The translations under genes and the position numbers were made by a program. From NCBI GenBank assembly GCA_027624955.1, contig JAQBTG010000006.1:1269-65268 (forward strand): DNA of 64,000 nucleotides, given 5' to 3'. The notes below the pieces were generated by a model. It searched no databases, had not been told where the DNA came from, and saw nothing but the letters and a program-made list of their open reading frames with translations. This document shows, piece by piece, positions 38,757 to 50,546 of this stretch. The number at the start of each line of letters is the position of its first letter. Position 1 is the stretch's first letter. Source of the stretch: Pseudomonadota bacterium. Lineage in GTDB: Bacteria; Pseudomonadota; Alphaproteobacteria; UBA828.

Positions 38757-39803
38757 ATGAAGGCGCTGAGAGCAGTTCTGCTATGCGGCGGACTGGTGAT
38801 ATTTCTCGCGCTTTCGCCGGCCGCCCATGCGCAAAACGAATCTGCGGTTCTGCGCAGCCAGATAGAACTTCTAAAAGGCAACCTTGCTTCGCTGTCCAAA
38901 CAATTTCAGGACTTGCAGCAATTCGTTTTCACCAATAGTGGGGGCGAAGCGGGGGCGAACGGAGCCGCAGCATCGGTGGGCACGACGCCAGGCGCTGGTG
39001 ACGGCTTTTCCAACCGGCGGTTAGCGATTGTCGAATCGCGGCTCGATCAGATCGATCAAAACGAGATGCGAAAGATCGAAGGCCAATTCGATGAGTTGCG
39101 AAACCTGATCGAACGCATGGACTCACGTCTCGAGAAGCTGGTAGCGGATGTAGATTTCCGTTTAACCGCACTTGAATCAGCACCCCGGGGGGCTTCTCAA
39201 ACCACGGCTGGTAACGGCCAGGCCCCTGGCTTGTTGGATAGCACCGACAGTGATCTGACACGGCCCGGCGGCGCGAGCTCTCTTGTCGACCCCGATGATG
39301 GATATCAGCCATCTGGCAGCCCGCGCATTCTTGGCACGATTCCGCTGGAGGATGGCGTGGTCGAACCGTTCGCGCCCGAGCCCGAACAGACGGCGCATGC
39401 TTCGATCCTGCCAGACGGCACTCCGGAAGAACGATATAAATACGCCCTCGGCCTGCTGCGCAAAGCCCAATATGACGAAGCCGACCGCGTGCTCGGCGCT
39501 TTCATCGAAGTACATGGCGAACATCCACTGGCCGACAATGCTTCCTTTTGGCGCGGCGAAACTTTCTACGCCAGAAAGATGTTTGGCGATGCAGCGCGCA
39601 TCTATGCGACCAATCTCCAGCTCTATCCCGAAGGCGGAAAAGCGCCCGACAATATGGTGAAACTGGGTATGGCGCTGGCGAATTTGGAGCGCACGAAGGA
39701 AGCTTGCCAAGCATTTGCAGAGCTTGACCGTAAATTTCCCGACATGCCGGCAAATGTGCGCCAAGCGGCGGATCGCGGGCGCAGCGCGGCAAGTTGCCCA
39801 TAG
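38757..39803 (+). CDS. cpoB: Tol-Pal system protein CpoB/YbgF (coiled coil plus TPR)
   Basis: It has a signal peptide, a coiled-coil N-domain and a C-terminal TPR region (YKYALGLLRKAQYDEADRVLGAFIEVHGEHPLADNASFWRGETFY). It sits directly after pal. Confidence 0.85.
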   Translation: MKALRAVLLCGGLVIFLALSPAAHAQNESAVLRSQIELLKGNLASLSKQFQDLQQFVFTNSGGEAGANGAAASVGTTPGAGDGFSNRRLAIVESRLDQIDQNEMRKIEGQFDELRNLIERMDSRLEKLVADVDFRLTALESAPRGASQTTAGNGQAPGLLDSTDSDLTRPGGASSLVDPDDGYQPSGSPRILGTIPLEDGVVEPFAPEPEQTAHASILPDGTPEERYKYALGLLRKAQYDEADRVLGAFIEVHGEHPLADNASFWRGETFYARKMFGDAARIYATNLQLYPEGGKAPDNMVKLGMALANLERTKEACQAFAELDRKFPDMPANVRQAADRGRSAASCP

Positions 39804-39842
39804 CGGATTCGCGCCCGCACAGCGGGCAGTTAAGCTGATTCC

Positions 39843-41228
39843 ATGAAGACGCCTCACATCGTTCCACCAGAACGCGCGCCGCTTTCCGCCAAACGTTTGG
39901 CTCATGCTGAATTCAGCCGATTGATGGCGCCAGCAGGTCCATTCGAGCCGGCCGCGCATCTTGCCATCGCGGTTTCCGGCGGTTCCGACAGCCTTGCGCT
40001 TTGCTTGCTCGCCGCGGCCTGGGCGCGCCGGCGTGGGGGCCGGGTCACGGCGCTTACCGTTGAGCATGGCCTGCGTCCGGAATCGGCGGCGGAGGCCGAG
40101 CAAGTGGCGTGCTGGCTCAAGGCACGCGGTATCACGCATTGTCTCTTGCCGTGGCGCGGTGAGAAGCCCAAGAGCGGCGTTCAGGCGGCGGCACGGATGG
40201 CGCGGCTGGCGCGCTTGGCCAATTGGTGTGTGCGCCATCATGTCGTTCACCTCTTGAGCGGCCATCAATTGGAGGATCAAGCGGCGACCGTCTTGCTCAG
40301 ACTTTCGGCCGGAAGTGGCGGCGCCGGCTTGGCGGCCATGCCGTTGGTGCAGGATATCGAAGCCGCGGACGGCGCCGCCGTGCGTCTCATTAGGCCACTC
40401 CTCTCCGTGCCCGAGTGCCGCTTGAAGGCAGTGCTGCGCGACAGCTCGCAAGCATGGCTCGATGATCCGTCCAACCGCAATTCAGCCTATGCCCGCACCC
40501 GCCTGGCGGCGGCGCTGGAGGCGTTGAGCGGTGAGGGCATGACGGCATCCCGCCTCGCCCACACGGCGCGGCGCGCCGGACAAGACCGGGCAGCGCTTGA
40601 CATTGCTTGTGGTGAACTGCTGGCTCGCGCAGCGGCGCCTCACCCGGCCGGCTTCATCCTGCTCGATTGGAACGCCTGGCGAAGCGCGCCGGACGCGGTG
40701 TCTGTGCGCCTCTTTGGCCGCCTGGTAGCGGGTGTCGGCGCGCGCCCATTTGGTGCCCGCCTGGAGCGGTTAGAGCGCCTGTGTGAGCAACTACGCGCCT
40801 CCTATCCAGAGCGCGCCGCAACACTTGGCGGCTGCCGCATCATGCCTTATCGCGGCAGGCTATTGATCTGCCGCGAGCCCGGTGCAATGGGCGAAGCCGT
40901 GGCCATGAAACCGGGCGACAAGCTGGTGTGGGACAATCGCTTCCGGGCTGCCCTTCCGCGGCGCGCTGAATTCCGAGGAGAATGCACGCTCGGACGGCTG
41001 GGGTCTGAGGGGATTGCAGAGCTGCGTCGGGTGATGGCCGATGGCGAAAGGGCACTACAAAAAATTCCGGCGCCAGCGCGTCCTGCGCTGCCGGCGTTTA
41101 GAGACCTTGACGGGCTGCTCGCGGTACCCCATCTAAAATATTCAAGATCGCCCGCCGAGCGTGGATGTCGGGCAGAATTCTATCCGGCGGAAAACCCTGT
41201 CGGGAACGTGTTTGGTCCGATCGCATGA
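39843..41228 (+). CDS. tilS: tRNA(Ile)-lysidine synthetase
   Basis: PP-loop motif AVSGGSDSLAL plus TVEHGLRPES and HQLEDQAAT. Confidence 0.88.
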   Translation: MKTPHIVPPERAPLSAKRLAHAEFSRLMAPAGPFEPAAHLAIAVSGGSDSLALCLLAAAWARRRGGRVTALTVEHGLRPESAAEAEQVACWLKARGITHCLLPWRGEKPKSGVQAAARMARLARLANWCVRHHVVHLLSGHQLEDQAATVLLRLSAGSGGAGLAAMPLVQDIEAADGAAVRLIRPLLSVPECRLKAVLRDSSQAWLDDPSNRNSAYARTRLAAALEALSGEGMTASRLAHTARRAGQDRAALDIACGELLARAAAPHPAGFILLDWNAWRSAPDAVSVRLFGRLVAGVGARPFGARLERLERLCEQLRASYPERAATLGGCRIMPYRGRLLICREPGAMGEAVAMKPGDKLVWDNRFRAALPRRAEFRGECTLGRLGSEGIAELRRVMADGERALQKIPAPARPALPAFRDLDGLLAVPHLKYSRSPAERGCRAEFYPAENPVGNVFGPIA

Positions 41229-41404
41229 GGGAAGTCACCACAAGTTTAAGAAATATTGTACTAATCCGGTATATTATTGAATATTAAGCGGCAAAATATG
41301 GCGATTACGACGGTTATCTGGTGAATCTATCGGGCCGCTGGCAGATGGTCGGCGCGTCAAGGCTGCGATAGGGTGGTTGTCATGGAAGGAATGAGGACAT
41401 TCGG

Positions 41405-43327
<1,923 letters not shown>

Positions 43328-43369
43328 CTCCGCGGTTTCGGCTGCTGCGCCGCTGTCGACCGCGCTAGG

Positions 43370-44461
43370 ATGAACGCATCTTCCCCGTCTGACCTCGCCT
43401 GGCAAGGGATTCACGACGGGGCCCGTATCTATTTGCGCCGGTTGACGGCGCTGCCCGGCGCCACCAGCTCCGTCGATCAATTCGAACTCATCGTCGCCAC
43501 CGCTGCGCAAGAAACGCGAATGCGCCTTTGTCGCGCCGATTTGGAAGACGGTGCTTGTCGGGTCGGCGGTGCTCCGCAAGAGCGCATTTCTGCTCTGTTG
43601 GCACGCGCCGATGCCGTGCGCGGCCCTGTTTGCGGCCTCGGCATGGATCGGCCGCGCATCATGGGCGTGCTCAATATCACGCCCGACAGCTTCTCCGACG
43701 GCGGCGAGAACTTCGATTGTGGTACGGCCATCGCCGCGGCAATGGATATGCGCGAAGCCGGTGCCGATATCATCGATGTCGGCGGCGTTTCAACCCGCCC
43801 GGGCTCACGCGCGCCGTCCGAAGCAGAGGAGCTGGATCGCGTGATGCCGGTGATCGCAGCACTAACCGGCGACGGCCTGATTGTCTCGGTCGATACCCGC
43901 CGCGCCGCAGTCATGGCCGCGGCACTGGATGCGGGCGCCAAAATCATCAATGACATTTCTGCCCTGACCGCCGACCCAGACAGCTTGGACGTGGCAGCGC
44001 GCTTTGCCGCACCGGTCATTCTCATGCACATGCAGGGCACGCCCAAGACCATGCAAGAAGCGCCGGTCTATGATCATGTGGCGCTCGACATATTTGATTA
44101 CCTGGAAGGGCGCATTGAGGCCTGCGAAGCGGCCGGCATTGCGCGTCGCCGGTTGATCATCGACCCCGGCATCGGCTTCGGCAAGACGATGGCGCACAAT
44201 CTGCAAATCTTGCGGGATGTCGGCCTCTTTCACGCTCTCGGATGTCCGTTATTGATCGGCTTGTCGCGCAAATATTTCATTTCCCGTCTGAGCGCCGGCG
44301 AGGCCGCCGGTGCGCGCGTGCCGGGCTCGATTGCCGGCGCCCTACATGCGATTTCGCAAGGCGTGCAGATCGTCAGAGTCCATGATGTGCGCGAAACCGT
44401 GCAGGCGATAAAGGTCTGGCAGGCCATCCGTGGCGACATGTCGGGTATGGAATCAACGTAA
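43370..44461 (+). CDS. folP: Dihydropteroate synthase (with a possible N-terminal extension of about 95 aa)
   Basis: The pterin-binding domain starts at RIMGVLNITPDSFSDGG and includes DIIDVGGVSTRPG and GLSRK. The start is uncertain; an alternative ATG lies at 43643. Confidence 0.88.
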   Translation: MNASSPSDLAWQGIHDGARIYLRRLTALPGATSSVDQFELIVATAAQETRMRLCRADLEDGACRVGGAPQERISALLARADAVRGPVCGLGMDRPRIMGVLNITPDSFSDGGENFDCGTAIAAAMDMREAGADIIDVGGVSTRPGSRAPSEAEELDRVMPVIAALTGDGLIVSVDTRRAAVMAAALDAGAKIINDISALTADPDSLDVAARFAAPVILMHMQGTPKTMQEAPVYDHVALDIFDYLEGRIEACEAAGIARRRLIIDPGIGFGKTMAHNLQILRDVGLFHALGCPLLIGLSRKYFISRLSAGEAAGARVPGSIAGALHAISQGVQIVRVHDVRETVQAIKVWQAIRGDMSGMEST

Positions 44462-44525
44462 TATGGTATTAATGACAACTGGAGTCGCGCGGCGCGGCTG
44501 TGATCGCCGAGGCAAGTGACGGACG

Positions 44526-45872
44526 ATGGCGAACAAATTGTTTGGCACAGATGGCATCCGTGGCAGGGCGAACAAGCCGCCCATGACGGCGGAGATCGCC
44601 CTCAGCGTGGGCGAAGCTGCGGGTGCGCATTTTCTGCGCGGCGACCATCGCCACCGCGTCATCATCGCCAAAGATACCCGCCTGTCGGGCTATATGCTGG
44701 AGCCGGCGTTAACCGCCGGCTTCATATCCGTCGGCATGGACGTGGTCTTGGTCGGCCCATTGCCGACGCCGGCGGTCGCCATGCTGACGCGCTCGCTGCG
44801 TGCGGATATCGGCGTGATGATCTCGGCGTCACATAATTCGTACGAAGACAACGGCATCAAGATATTCGGCCCCGACGGCTACAAGCTTTCAGATGAGGTC
44901 GAGGCGGCGATTGAAGCGCGCATCGGCAATGCCGATGTAGCCCATCGCGCAGCCCCGGCGCAGCTCGGGCGGGCCAAACGGCTCGAGGACGCGGAGGGCC
45001 GCTATATCGAATTCGCCAAAAATACCTTTCCACGCAATCTCCGTCTCGACGGGCTGAAAATCGTTGTCGATTGCGCCAACGGCGCGGCCTACAAGGTGGC
45101 GCCCAGCGTGCTGTGGGAATTAGGCGCGGAAGTGGTCTCGGTCGGTGTCGAGCCGAATGGCTTGAATATCAACAAAGGCTGTGGCTCCACCCATTGCGGC
45201 GTTATGCAAGCTGCCGTGGTGGCGCATGGCGCCGATCTCGGCATGGCGCTCGACGGCGACGCCGATCGGGTCATCATGTGCGATGAAACCGGCGCGTTGC
45301 TGGACGGCGATCAGATCATGGCTTTGGTCGCGCACAATTTGGCGCGCACGGATCGCCTTCGCGGCGGCGGCATTGTTGCCACGGTGATGTCGAACCTTGG
45401 CTTGGAGCGCTATCTCAAAAAAATTGGCTTGACCCTGGAGCGCACCAAAGTTGGAGATCGCTATGTGGTCGAGCATATGCGCCAATTTGGCTTCAATCTG
45501 GGCGGTGAGCAGTCCGGACATATTATCCTCAGCGACTACGGCACCACTGGCGATGGTTTGATCGCCGCCCTGCAAACCTTAGCCGTGCTGGCGGCTTCGG
45601 GCCAACCGGCGAGCGAGGTGGCGCGGCTGTTTACGCCCATTCCTCAAACGCTGCGCAACGTGACCTATAGCCATCAGGATCCGCTCGACTTCACCCAGGT
45701 GAAACGCGCGATAGCCGACGGAGAGTCCCGCTTGGGGCAGGACGGCCGTTTGTTGATCCGTAAATCGGGGACCGAACCTGTTGTCCGCGTGATGGCGGAA
45801 GGCGACGATGAAAACCTGGTCAACGAAGTCGTCGGCGACATTGTCAGCGCCATGCACGAGGCGGTGCAATGA
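44526..45872 (+). CDS. glmM: Phosphoglucosamine mutase
   Basis: LFGTDGIRG, active-site [19 protein letters not shown] and GEQSGH. Confidence 0.96.
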   Translation: MANKLFGTDGIRGRANKPPMTAEIALSVGEAAGAHFLRGDHRHRVIIAKDTRLSGYMLEPALTAGFISVGMDVVLVGPLPTPAVAMLTRSLRADIGVMISASHNSYEDNGIKIFGPDGYKLSDEVEAAIEARIGNADVAHRAAPAQLGRAKRLEDAEGRYIEFAKNTFPRNLRLDGLKIVVDCANGAAYKVAPSVLWELGAEVVSVGVEPNGLNINKGCGSTHCGVMQAAVVAHGADLGMALDGDADRVIMCDETGALLDGDQIMALVAHNLARTDRLRGGGIVATVMSNLGLERYLKKIGLTLERTKVGDRYVVEHMRQFGFNLGGEQSGHIILSDYGTTGDGLIAALQTLAVLAASGQPASEVARLFTPIPQTLRNVTYSHQDPLDFTQVKRAIADGESRLGQDGRLLIRKSGTEPVVRVMAEGDDENLVNEVVGDIVSAMHEAVQ

Positions 45873-45915
45873 CATTAGAAATTGGCTTAAAGCCACGCGC
45901 CGAAGCGACGGCCAA

Positions 45916-46722
45916 GTGAAAGGCCGCGTCCTTATCGTCGCCGGGTCGGATTCCGGCGGCGGCGCTGGTATTCAAGCCGATGTGAAGACTGTCACCGCGC
46001 TCGGCGGCTATTGCGGAACGGCCATTACCGTGTTGACCGCGCAGGATACCATGACTGTCGCCAGGATTGAGCCGGTGTCAGCCGACATGGTGGCGCGGCA
46101 AATGCACATGATGCTCGATGATATCGGCGTCGATTGCATCAAGACGGGCATGTTGTACAGCCACGATATCATTGAAGCCGTGGCTGAAGTGATCGCTACG
46201 AAGGCGAGGGACATTCCCTTGGTCGTCGATCCGGTGCTCGTCGCAAAGAGCGGAGACCGGCTGCTCGAAGAAAACGCCCTGCAGGCCTTCAAAGCACGTC
46301 TGATCCCGCGTGCCTCGGTCATCACGCCAAATATACCCGAGGCCGAAGTCCTCACCGGAATAGCCGTCAAGACTCGTGACGATATGATGCGCGCCGCCGA
46401 GATGATGTACAGCCAAGGCGTGCCTGCCGTGTTGCTCAAGGGCGGCCATATGACAGGCAATCGACTAACCGACCTTTTGCAAACCGAGGATGGTACGGAG
46501 CTGTTTGAAGCTGAGCGGATTCAAAGCAAACACACCCATGGCACTGGCTGCACGCTGGCTTCGGCAATCGCCACCGGCATTGCCCAAGGCATGGAATTGC
46601 GCGATGCCGTCAGGCGGGCGCGTGAATATGTGCGCCGGGCGATTATTGCTGCGCCGGGATTTGGCGGCGGGCACGGCCCGCTGGATCACACCGTGACGGT
46701 TCGTCCACTCGACGATTATTGA
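45916..46722 (+). CDS. thiD: Bifunctional hydroxymethylpyrimidine/phosphomethylpyrimidine kinase
   Basis: Translation from GTG 45916 gives VLIVAGSDSGGGAGIQADVKT...DPV...GTGCTLASAIA. The upstream part of the 304-aa ORF overlaps glmM. Confidence 0.88.
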   Translation: MKGRVLIVAGSDSGGGAGIQADVKTVTALGGYCGTAITVLTAQDTMTVARIEPVSADMVARQMHMMLDDIGVDCIKTGMLYSHDIIEAVAEVIATKARDIPLVVDPVLVAKSGDRLLEENALQAFKARLIPRASVITPNIPEAEVLTGIAVKTRDDMMRAAEMMYSQGVPAVLLKGGHMTGNRLTDLLQTEDGTELFEAERIQSKHTHGTGCTLASAIATGIAQGMELRDAVRRAREYVRRAIIAAPGFGGGHGPLDHTVTVRPLDDY

Positions 46723-46803
46723 GCGCGCAACAATCGGGTGGGCGCAGGTTTGCCGTTGTTCTAGGTTGCTGTTGAATATGATTATCGGAGAGAGGACAGC
46801 GCC

Positions 46804-47661
46804 ATGAGTGAATATGCCGAGTTGCAGCATCAGTCGCGCGATTACGCCCGCGTCGAACGCGCGATTTCATATCTCGAAGAAAACTTTCGCGACCAGCCGG
46901 AATTGGAGACGGTCGCCGAAGCGGTTGGCCTAAGCGCCACCCATTTTCAGCGCATGTTCAAGCGCTGGGCCGGAATTTCGCCGAAACGCTTCGTACAATA
47001 TCTGACGCTCGACCATGCCCGCCGGTGCCTGGCGGATTCGGCCTCTGTGCTGGATGCCAGCTATGATTCTGGTCTCAGCGGGCCGGGTCGTCTGCATGAT
47101 TTGTTTGTCACCTATGAGGCCATGACACCCGGCGATTTTAAACGTGAGGGCGACGGTATCGAGATCGTCTATGGCGTTCACCCCAGCCCGTTCGGGCCAT
47201 GTTTTATCGGCGAAACCGAACGCGGTGTCTGTGCCCTCGGGTTTGCCGACGACGCGGCATCAGCCACGCCGCTTGAGGATTTTAGGCGGCGCTGGTGCTA
47301 CGCAAAATTTCGCGAGGACCATCACCAGACCGCCGGCGCCGCGGCGCACATCTTCGGCGCTGCCGGCGGAAAACTTGCGCTCGACCTGCGCGGCACCAAT
47401 TTCCAGCTCAAGGTGTGGGAGGCGTTGCTGCGCATCCCGCCTGGTGCCGTCGTTTCCTACGATGCTTTGGCAGGTGCGCTCGACAAGCCGGGCGCGGCGC
47501 GCGCCGTCGGCGGCGCCGTCGCCGCCAATCCGGTATCCTATTTGATTCCCTGTCACCGGGTGATCCGCAAGTCAGGCCGGTTCCACAATTATTATTGGGG
47601 CCCGGAGCGCAAGCGCGCGATGTTGGCCTGGGAAGCGGCACATTTCGCTCCGGCGGCTTAA
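46804..47661 (+). CDS. AraC-type HTH fused to methylated-DNA--protein-cysteine methyltransferase (Ada-like, without the N-Ada Zn domain)
   Basis: The N-terminal AraC HTH reads VAEAVGLSATHFQRMFKRWAGISPKRF. The C-terminal MGMT has FQLKVWEALLRIPPG and the active site IPCHRV. Confidence 0.82.
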   Translation: MSEYAELQHQSRDYARVERAISYLEENFRDQPELETVAEAVGLSATHFQRMFKRWAGISPKRFVQYLTLDHARRCLADSASVLDASYDSGLSGPGRLHDLFVTYEAMTPGDFKREGDGIEIVYGVHPSPFGPCFIGETERGVCALGFADDAASATPLEDFRRRWCYAKFREDHHQTAGAAAHIFGAAGGKLALDLRGTNFQLKVWEALLRIPPGAVVSYDALAGALDKPGAARAVGGAVAANPVSYLIPCHRVIRKSGRFHNYYWGPERKRAMLAWEAAHFAPAA

Positions 47662-47732
47662 AATATCGACCTTTCGCCTTGGCGGCGGATGGCCGGAGAC
47701 GTAAAATCGCATCCGCCAAACCGGAGGCGCTC

Positions 47733-48188
47733 ATGTTCCATTGCTATCTCGACGATTTCTCCGAGGGTTCGACATTCGAGACCGAGGGAAAAACTCTGAG
47801 CGAGGCCGAAATTCTCGAATTCGCCTTCAAATACGACCCGCAACCGTTTCACATGGATGTCGAGGCGGCGAAGGACGGACCTTTCGGCGGCTTGATTGCG
47901 AGCGGTATTCAGACCATGGCCATCGGCTTGCGGCTCATGCTTCAGGCACAAGTGTTCGCGCCGGGCGCCAGTATGGGCTCACCGGGAATAGACGAATTGC
48001 GTTGGCTGAAACCGGTTCGCCCGGGCGATACATTGCGCCTCCGCGGCGAGGCACTTGAAGTGAAGCCGTCGCGTTCCAAACCTGATCGGGGGATTCTCAG
48101 ATATCGCATGACGATCTTCAATCAGCACGGCGAAGACGTCATGAGCATGTTGGGAATGCAAATCATCAAGCGCCGGACCATCGACTGA
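47733..48188 (+). CDS. MaoC-like (R)-hydratase/dehydratase, hot-dog fold
   Basis: Translation from ATG 47733 gives FAFKYDPQPFHMDVEAAKDGPFGGLIASG. The upstream part of the 297-aa ORF is an out-of-frame read through the ada-like gene. Confidence 0.75.
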   Translation: MFHCYLDDFSEGSTFETEGKTLSEAEILEFAFKYDPQPFHMDVEAAKDGPFGGLIASGIQTMAIGLRLMLQAQVFAPGASMGSPGIDELRWLKPVRPGDTLRLRGEALEVKPSRSKPDRGILRYRMTIFNQHGEDVMSMLGMQIIKRRTID

Positions 48189-48206
48189 GCACAGACTGAG
48201 CACGTA

Positions 48207-49247
48207 ATGATAACAGCGCCGAACAAGGAGCGCGCAATCGCCATCTGGCTGTTCGTTCTGTGCGCTATGATCTTCGCCATGGTCTTGCTGGGCGGCGCAA
48301 CTCGCCTCACCCATTCCGGCCTGTCGATGGTCGAATGGCGTCCGCTGTTCGGTGTCTTGCCGCCGATGAGCGAGGCGGCCTGGCAAAACGTGTTTCAGCA
48401 ATATCAAGAATTTCCCGAATATCAGAAGATCAATTTCGCCATGACATTGGCCGAGTTCAAACGGATATTCCTGTTTGAATACAGCCACCGCGTTCTCGGC
48501 CGAGCGATCGGCGTCGCGTTCGCCCTGCCGTTTCTCTATTTCCTGCTGCGCCGGCAAGTGTCGTGGCACTTGGCGCCGAGGCTGGCCGTCATGTTTGTGC
48601 TTGGCGCGCTCCAGGGAGTGCTCGGCTGGTACATGGTTCAGAGTGGCCTGGTGGAGCGCCCTGATGTCAGCCCTTACCGGTTGACCGCGCATCTCGGCCT
48701 GGCCGTGATCATCTATGCCTATATGCTGTGGACTGCCATGAGGCTCTTGCAGCCGGCCCGGCGCGCCCGGCTAGCCGGTGGCCAGGGCCGGGCGCTGCGG
48801 ATCGCCTCGTCGGTCGTGACCGGGGCGATATTTCTCACCATCCTGTCGGGCGGCTTTGTCGCCGGCAACGACGCCGGTCTCGCCTACAACAGCTTTCCTC
48901 TAATGGACGGCAGATTCGTGCCGGCCGATATCCTCCGGCTCGAGCCGTGGTGGCGCAATTTTTTCGAAAACTTGCCGTTGGTGCAGCTCGATCACCGCCT
49001 TCTCGCCCTGATGGTGATCATCGCCACGATGATTTTATGGCTTGTCGGCCTTCGCCAGCCGCTTTCTACGGGCGCGCGCCGCGCGTTTGGCGCCTGGGCG
49101 GTGGTCGCCCTGGCGCAACTCGCGCTCGGTATTTCCACGTTGCTGCTGTTCGTTCCGGTGCCGCTCGGCATCGCCCATCAGGCAGGCGCGCTTTTGACCT
49201 TAACCATGGCGCTCTGGACCTGTCATGAACTGTCGCGGAGAGATTAG
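48207..49247 (+). CDS. ctaA: Haem A synthase (COX15/CtaA family)
   Basis: A multi-TM protein with GGATRLTHSGLSMVEW, EYSHR and HLGLA/HQAGA His-containing helices. Confidence 0.88.
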   Translation: MITAPNKERAIAIWLFVLCAMIFAMVLLGGATRLTHSGLSMVEWRPLFGVLPPMSEAAWQNVFQQYQEFPEYQKINFAMTLAEFKRIFLFEYSHRVLGRAIGVAFALPFLYFLLRRQVSWHLAPRLAVMFVLGALQGVLGWYMVQSGLVERPDVSPYRLTAHLGLAVIIYAYMLWTAMRLLQPARRARLAGGQGRALRIASSVVTGAIFLTILSGGFVAGNDAGLAYNSFPLMDGRFVPADILRLEPWWRNFFENLPLVQLDHRLLALMVIIATMILWLVGLRQPLSTGARRAFGAWAVVALAQLALGISTLLLFVPVPLGIAHQAGALLTLTMALWTCHELSRRD

Positions 49248-50473
49248 CGGCGGGTGAAATTAATTTTCACACCCTTGAGGCCGAATAGCGGGCGGAGATA
49301 AATGCCGGCGAAGGTGCCGAGAAGCCCGAAAATAATCCACACCCAGCCATGCAAGCTGCCCGACACGACGCCGCTGAAAAACGCGCCGATATTGCAGCCG
49401 AAGGCAAGCCGCGCGCCGTAGCCCAACAATAGCCCTCCGATCAGCGCCGCGGCGAGCGAGAGAGGCGGAATTCGCATCAAAGGGGCAAAGCGCCCGGCAA
49501 GCGAAGCAGCAAGCGCGGCGCCGATCACAATGCCGATATTCATCACCGATGTGACATCCTGCTCAATTCCGGCGTCCAGCATGCGCGCCGGGTACGGCCA
49601 TTGCCAGAATTCCCACGCCGCCACGTCGAGGCCGGCGGCATCGGCGATTTTGGCGCCCCATAGCGTATAGCCCCAGGTGATGCCCCATGGCCGCCCGGCC
49701 ACAAGTAATGTGACGACGTTGAGAATCGCCAGGGCAAGCGCACCCCAGAGAATCGGCCAACGCCCGAACACCAGGCGTTGGAAGGCCTCTTTCCAACTCG
49801 CGACGGGTTCGCGTCTCTCCAGCGTTCTGTGACGTTTGCGTTCGATGCGGATGGTCACTACGGCAAGTGCGGCGATGAACGCCAATTGAAGCACCAGGCC
49901 ACCCGGCCAGCCCAGTTCGCCGTACAGCGAGACGGCGGCAATTTTCGGTTGTTCCACCCACCATGGCAGATGCGCCGAGCCGGCGAGCGAACCGGCGATG
50001 AAGCCGATCAGAGTCACCATCATGCGGGTACTTCCGCCGCCCGCAGTAAAGAGCGTGCCCGACCCACAGCCGCCGCCGAGCTGCATGCCGACGCCAAAGA
50101 TGAATGCGCCGGCCATCACCGACACACCGATCGGCGCCAAGGCGCCGCTCAAAGATTGGCCAAAAACACTGCCGCTGGCGAGAAGCGGGGCGAACACCAG
50201 GCTGGCCGCAGCCAGCATCAGCAACTGCGCCCGCACGCCGGAGCCGCGGCCTTCCACCAGCAGGCGGCGATAGGCGCCGGTGAAGCCGAACACCGCGTGA
50301 TAGAGCGAGATGCCGAGGGCACCGCCGATGAGGTAGAGCGCAGCCTGCCGTCCGCCCACCACGTCGCTCAAATAAGCGACGCCACCGGCCAATACCAAGA
50401 GCGCTACGCTGAGCGGTAGAATTTGTGGTTGTCCGGGCGCAAACCAGGAAATTTTTCGCACCATCGCCTTCAT
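49244..50473 (-). CDS. YeeE/YedE family sulfur-compound (thiosulfate) transporter-like membrane protein
   Basis: A polytopic membrane protein with two repeats containing GGCGSGTLF and FGCNIGAFF motifs. The start is taken at ATG 50473; the longest ORF begins at 50608. Confidence 0.8.
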   Translation of the reverse strand: MKAMVRKISWFAPGQPQILPLSVALLVLAGGVAYLSDVVGGRQAALYLIGGALGISLYHAVFGFTGAYRRLLVEGRGSGVRAQLLMLAAASLVFAPLLASGSVFGQSLSGALAPIGVSVMAGAFIFGVGMQLGGGCGSGTLFTAGGGSTRMMVTLIGFIAGSLAGSAHLPWWVEQPKIAAVSLYGELGWPGGLVLQLAFIAALAVVTIRIERKRHRTLERREPVASWKEAFQRLVFGRWPILWGALALAILNVVTLLVAGRPWGITWGYTLWGAKIADAAGLDVAAWEFWQWPYPARMLDAGIEQDVTSVMNIGIVIGAALAASLAGRFAPLMRIPPLSLAAALIGGLLLGYGARLAFGCNIGAFFSGVVSGSLHGWVWIIFGLLGTFAGIYLRPLFGLKGVKINFTRR

Positions 50474-50546
50474 ACCGTCACTATCGGCAAAGGGCGGTGC
50501 ACACACCAATAAACATCTGTTGAAGAGGCCGTGTGGCCGTCTAAAT

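Noticed and set aside
39177-40451. 424-aa minus-strand ORF spanning cpoB and tilS
   Set aside because: It is antisense to two well-supported genes and crosses their intergenic gap. It has no domain signature, so it is a GC-rich shadow ORF.
41229-41404. AT-rich tilS-ftsH spacer with TTAA-containing near-palindromes (TTAAGAAATATTGTA, ATTATTGAATATTAAG) as CtrA boxes
   Set aside because: Each candidate has two or more mismatches to TTAA-N7-TTAA. That is too weak to call without a scoring matrix.
47295-47732. N-terminal 146 codons of the 297-aa ORF 47295-48188
   Set aside because: This part is an out-of-frame read through the 3' half of the ada-like gene and gives an Arg-rich nonsense sequence. 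The real MaoC-like gene starts at ATG 47733.
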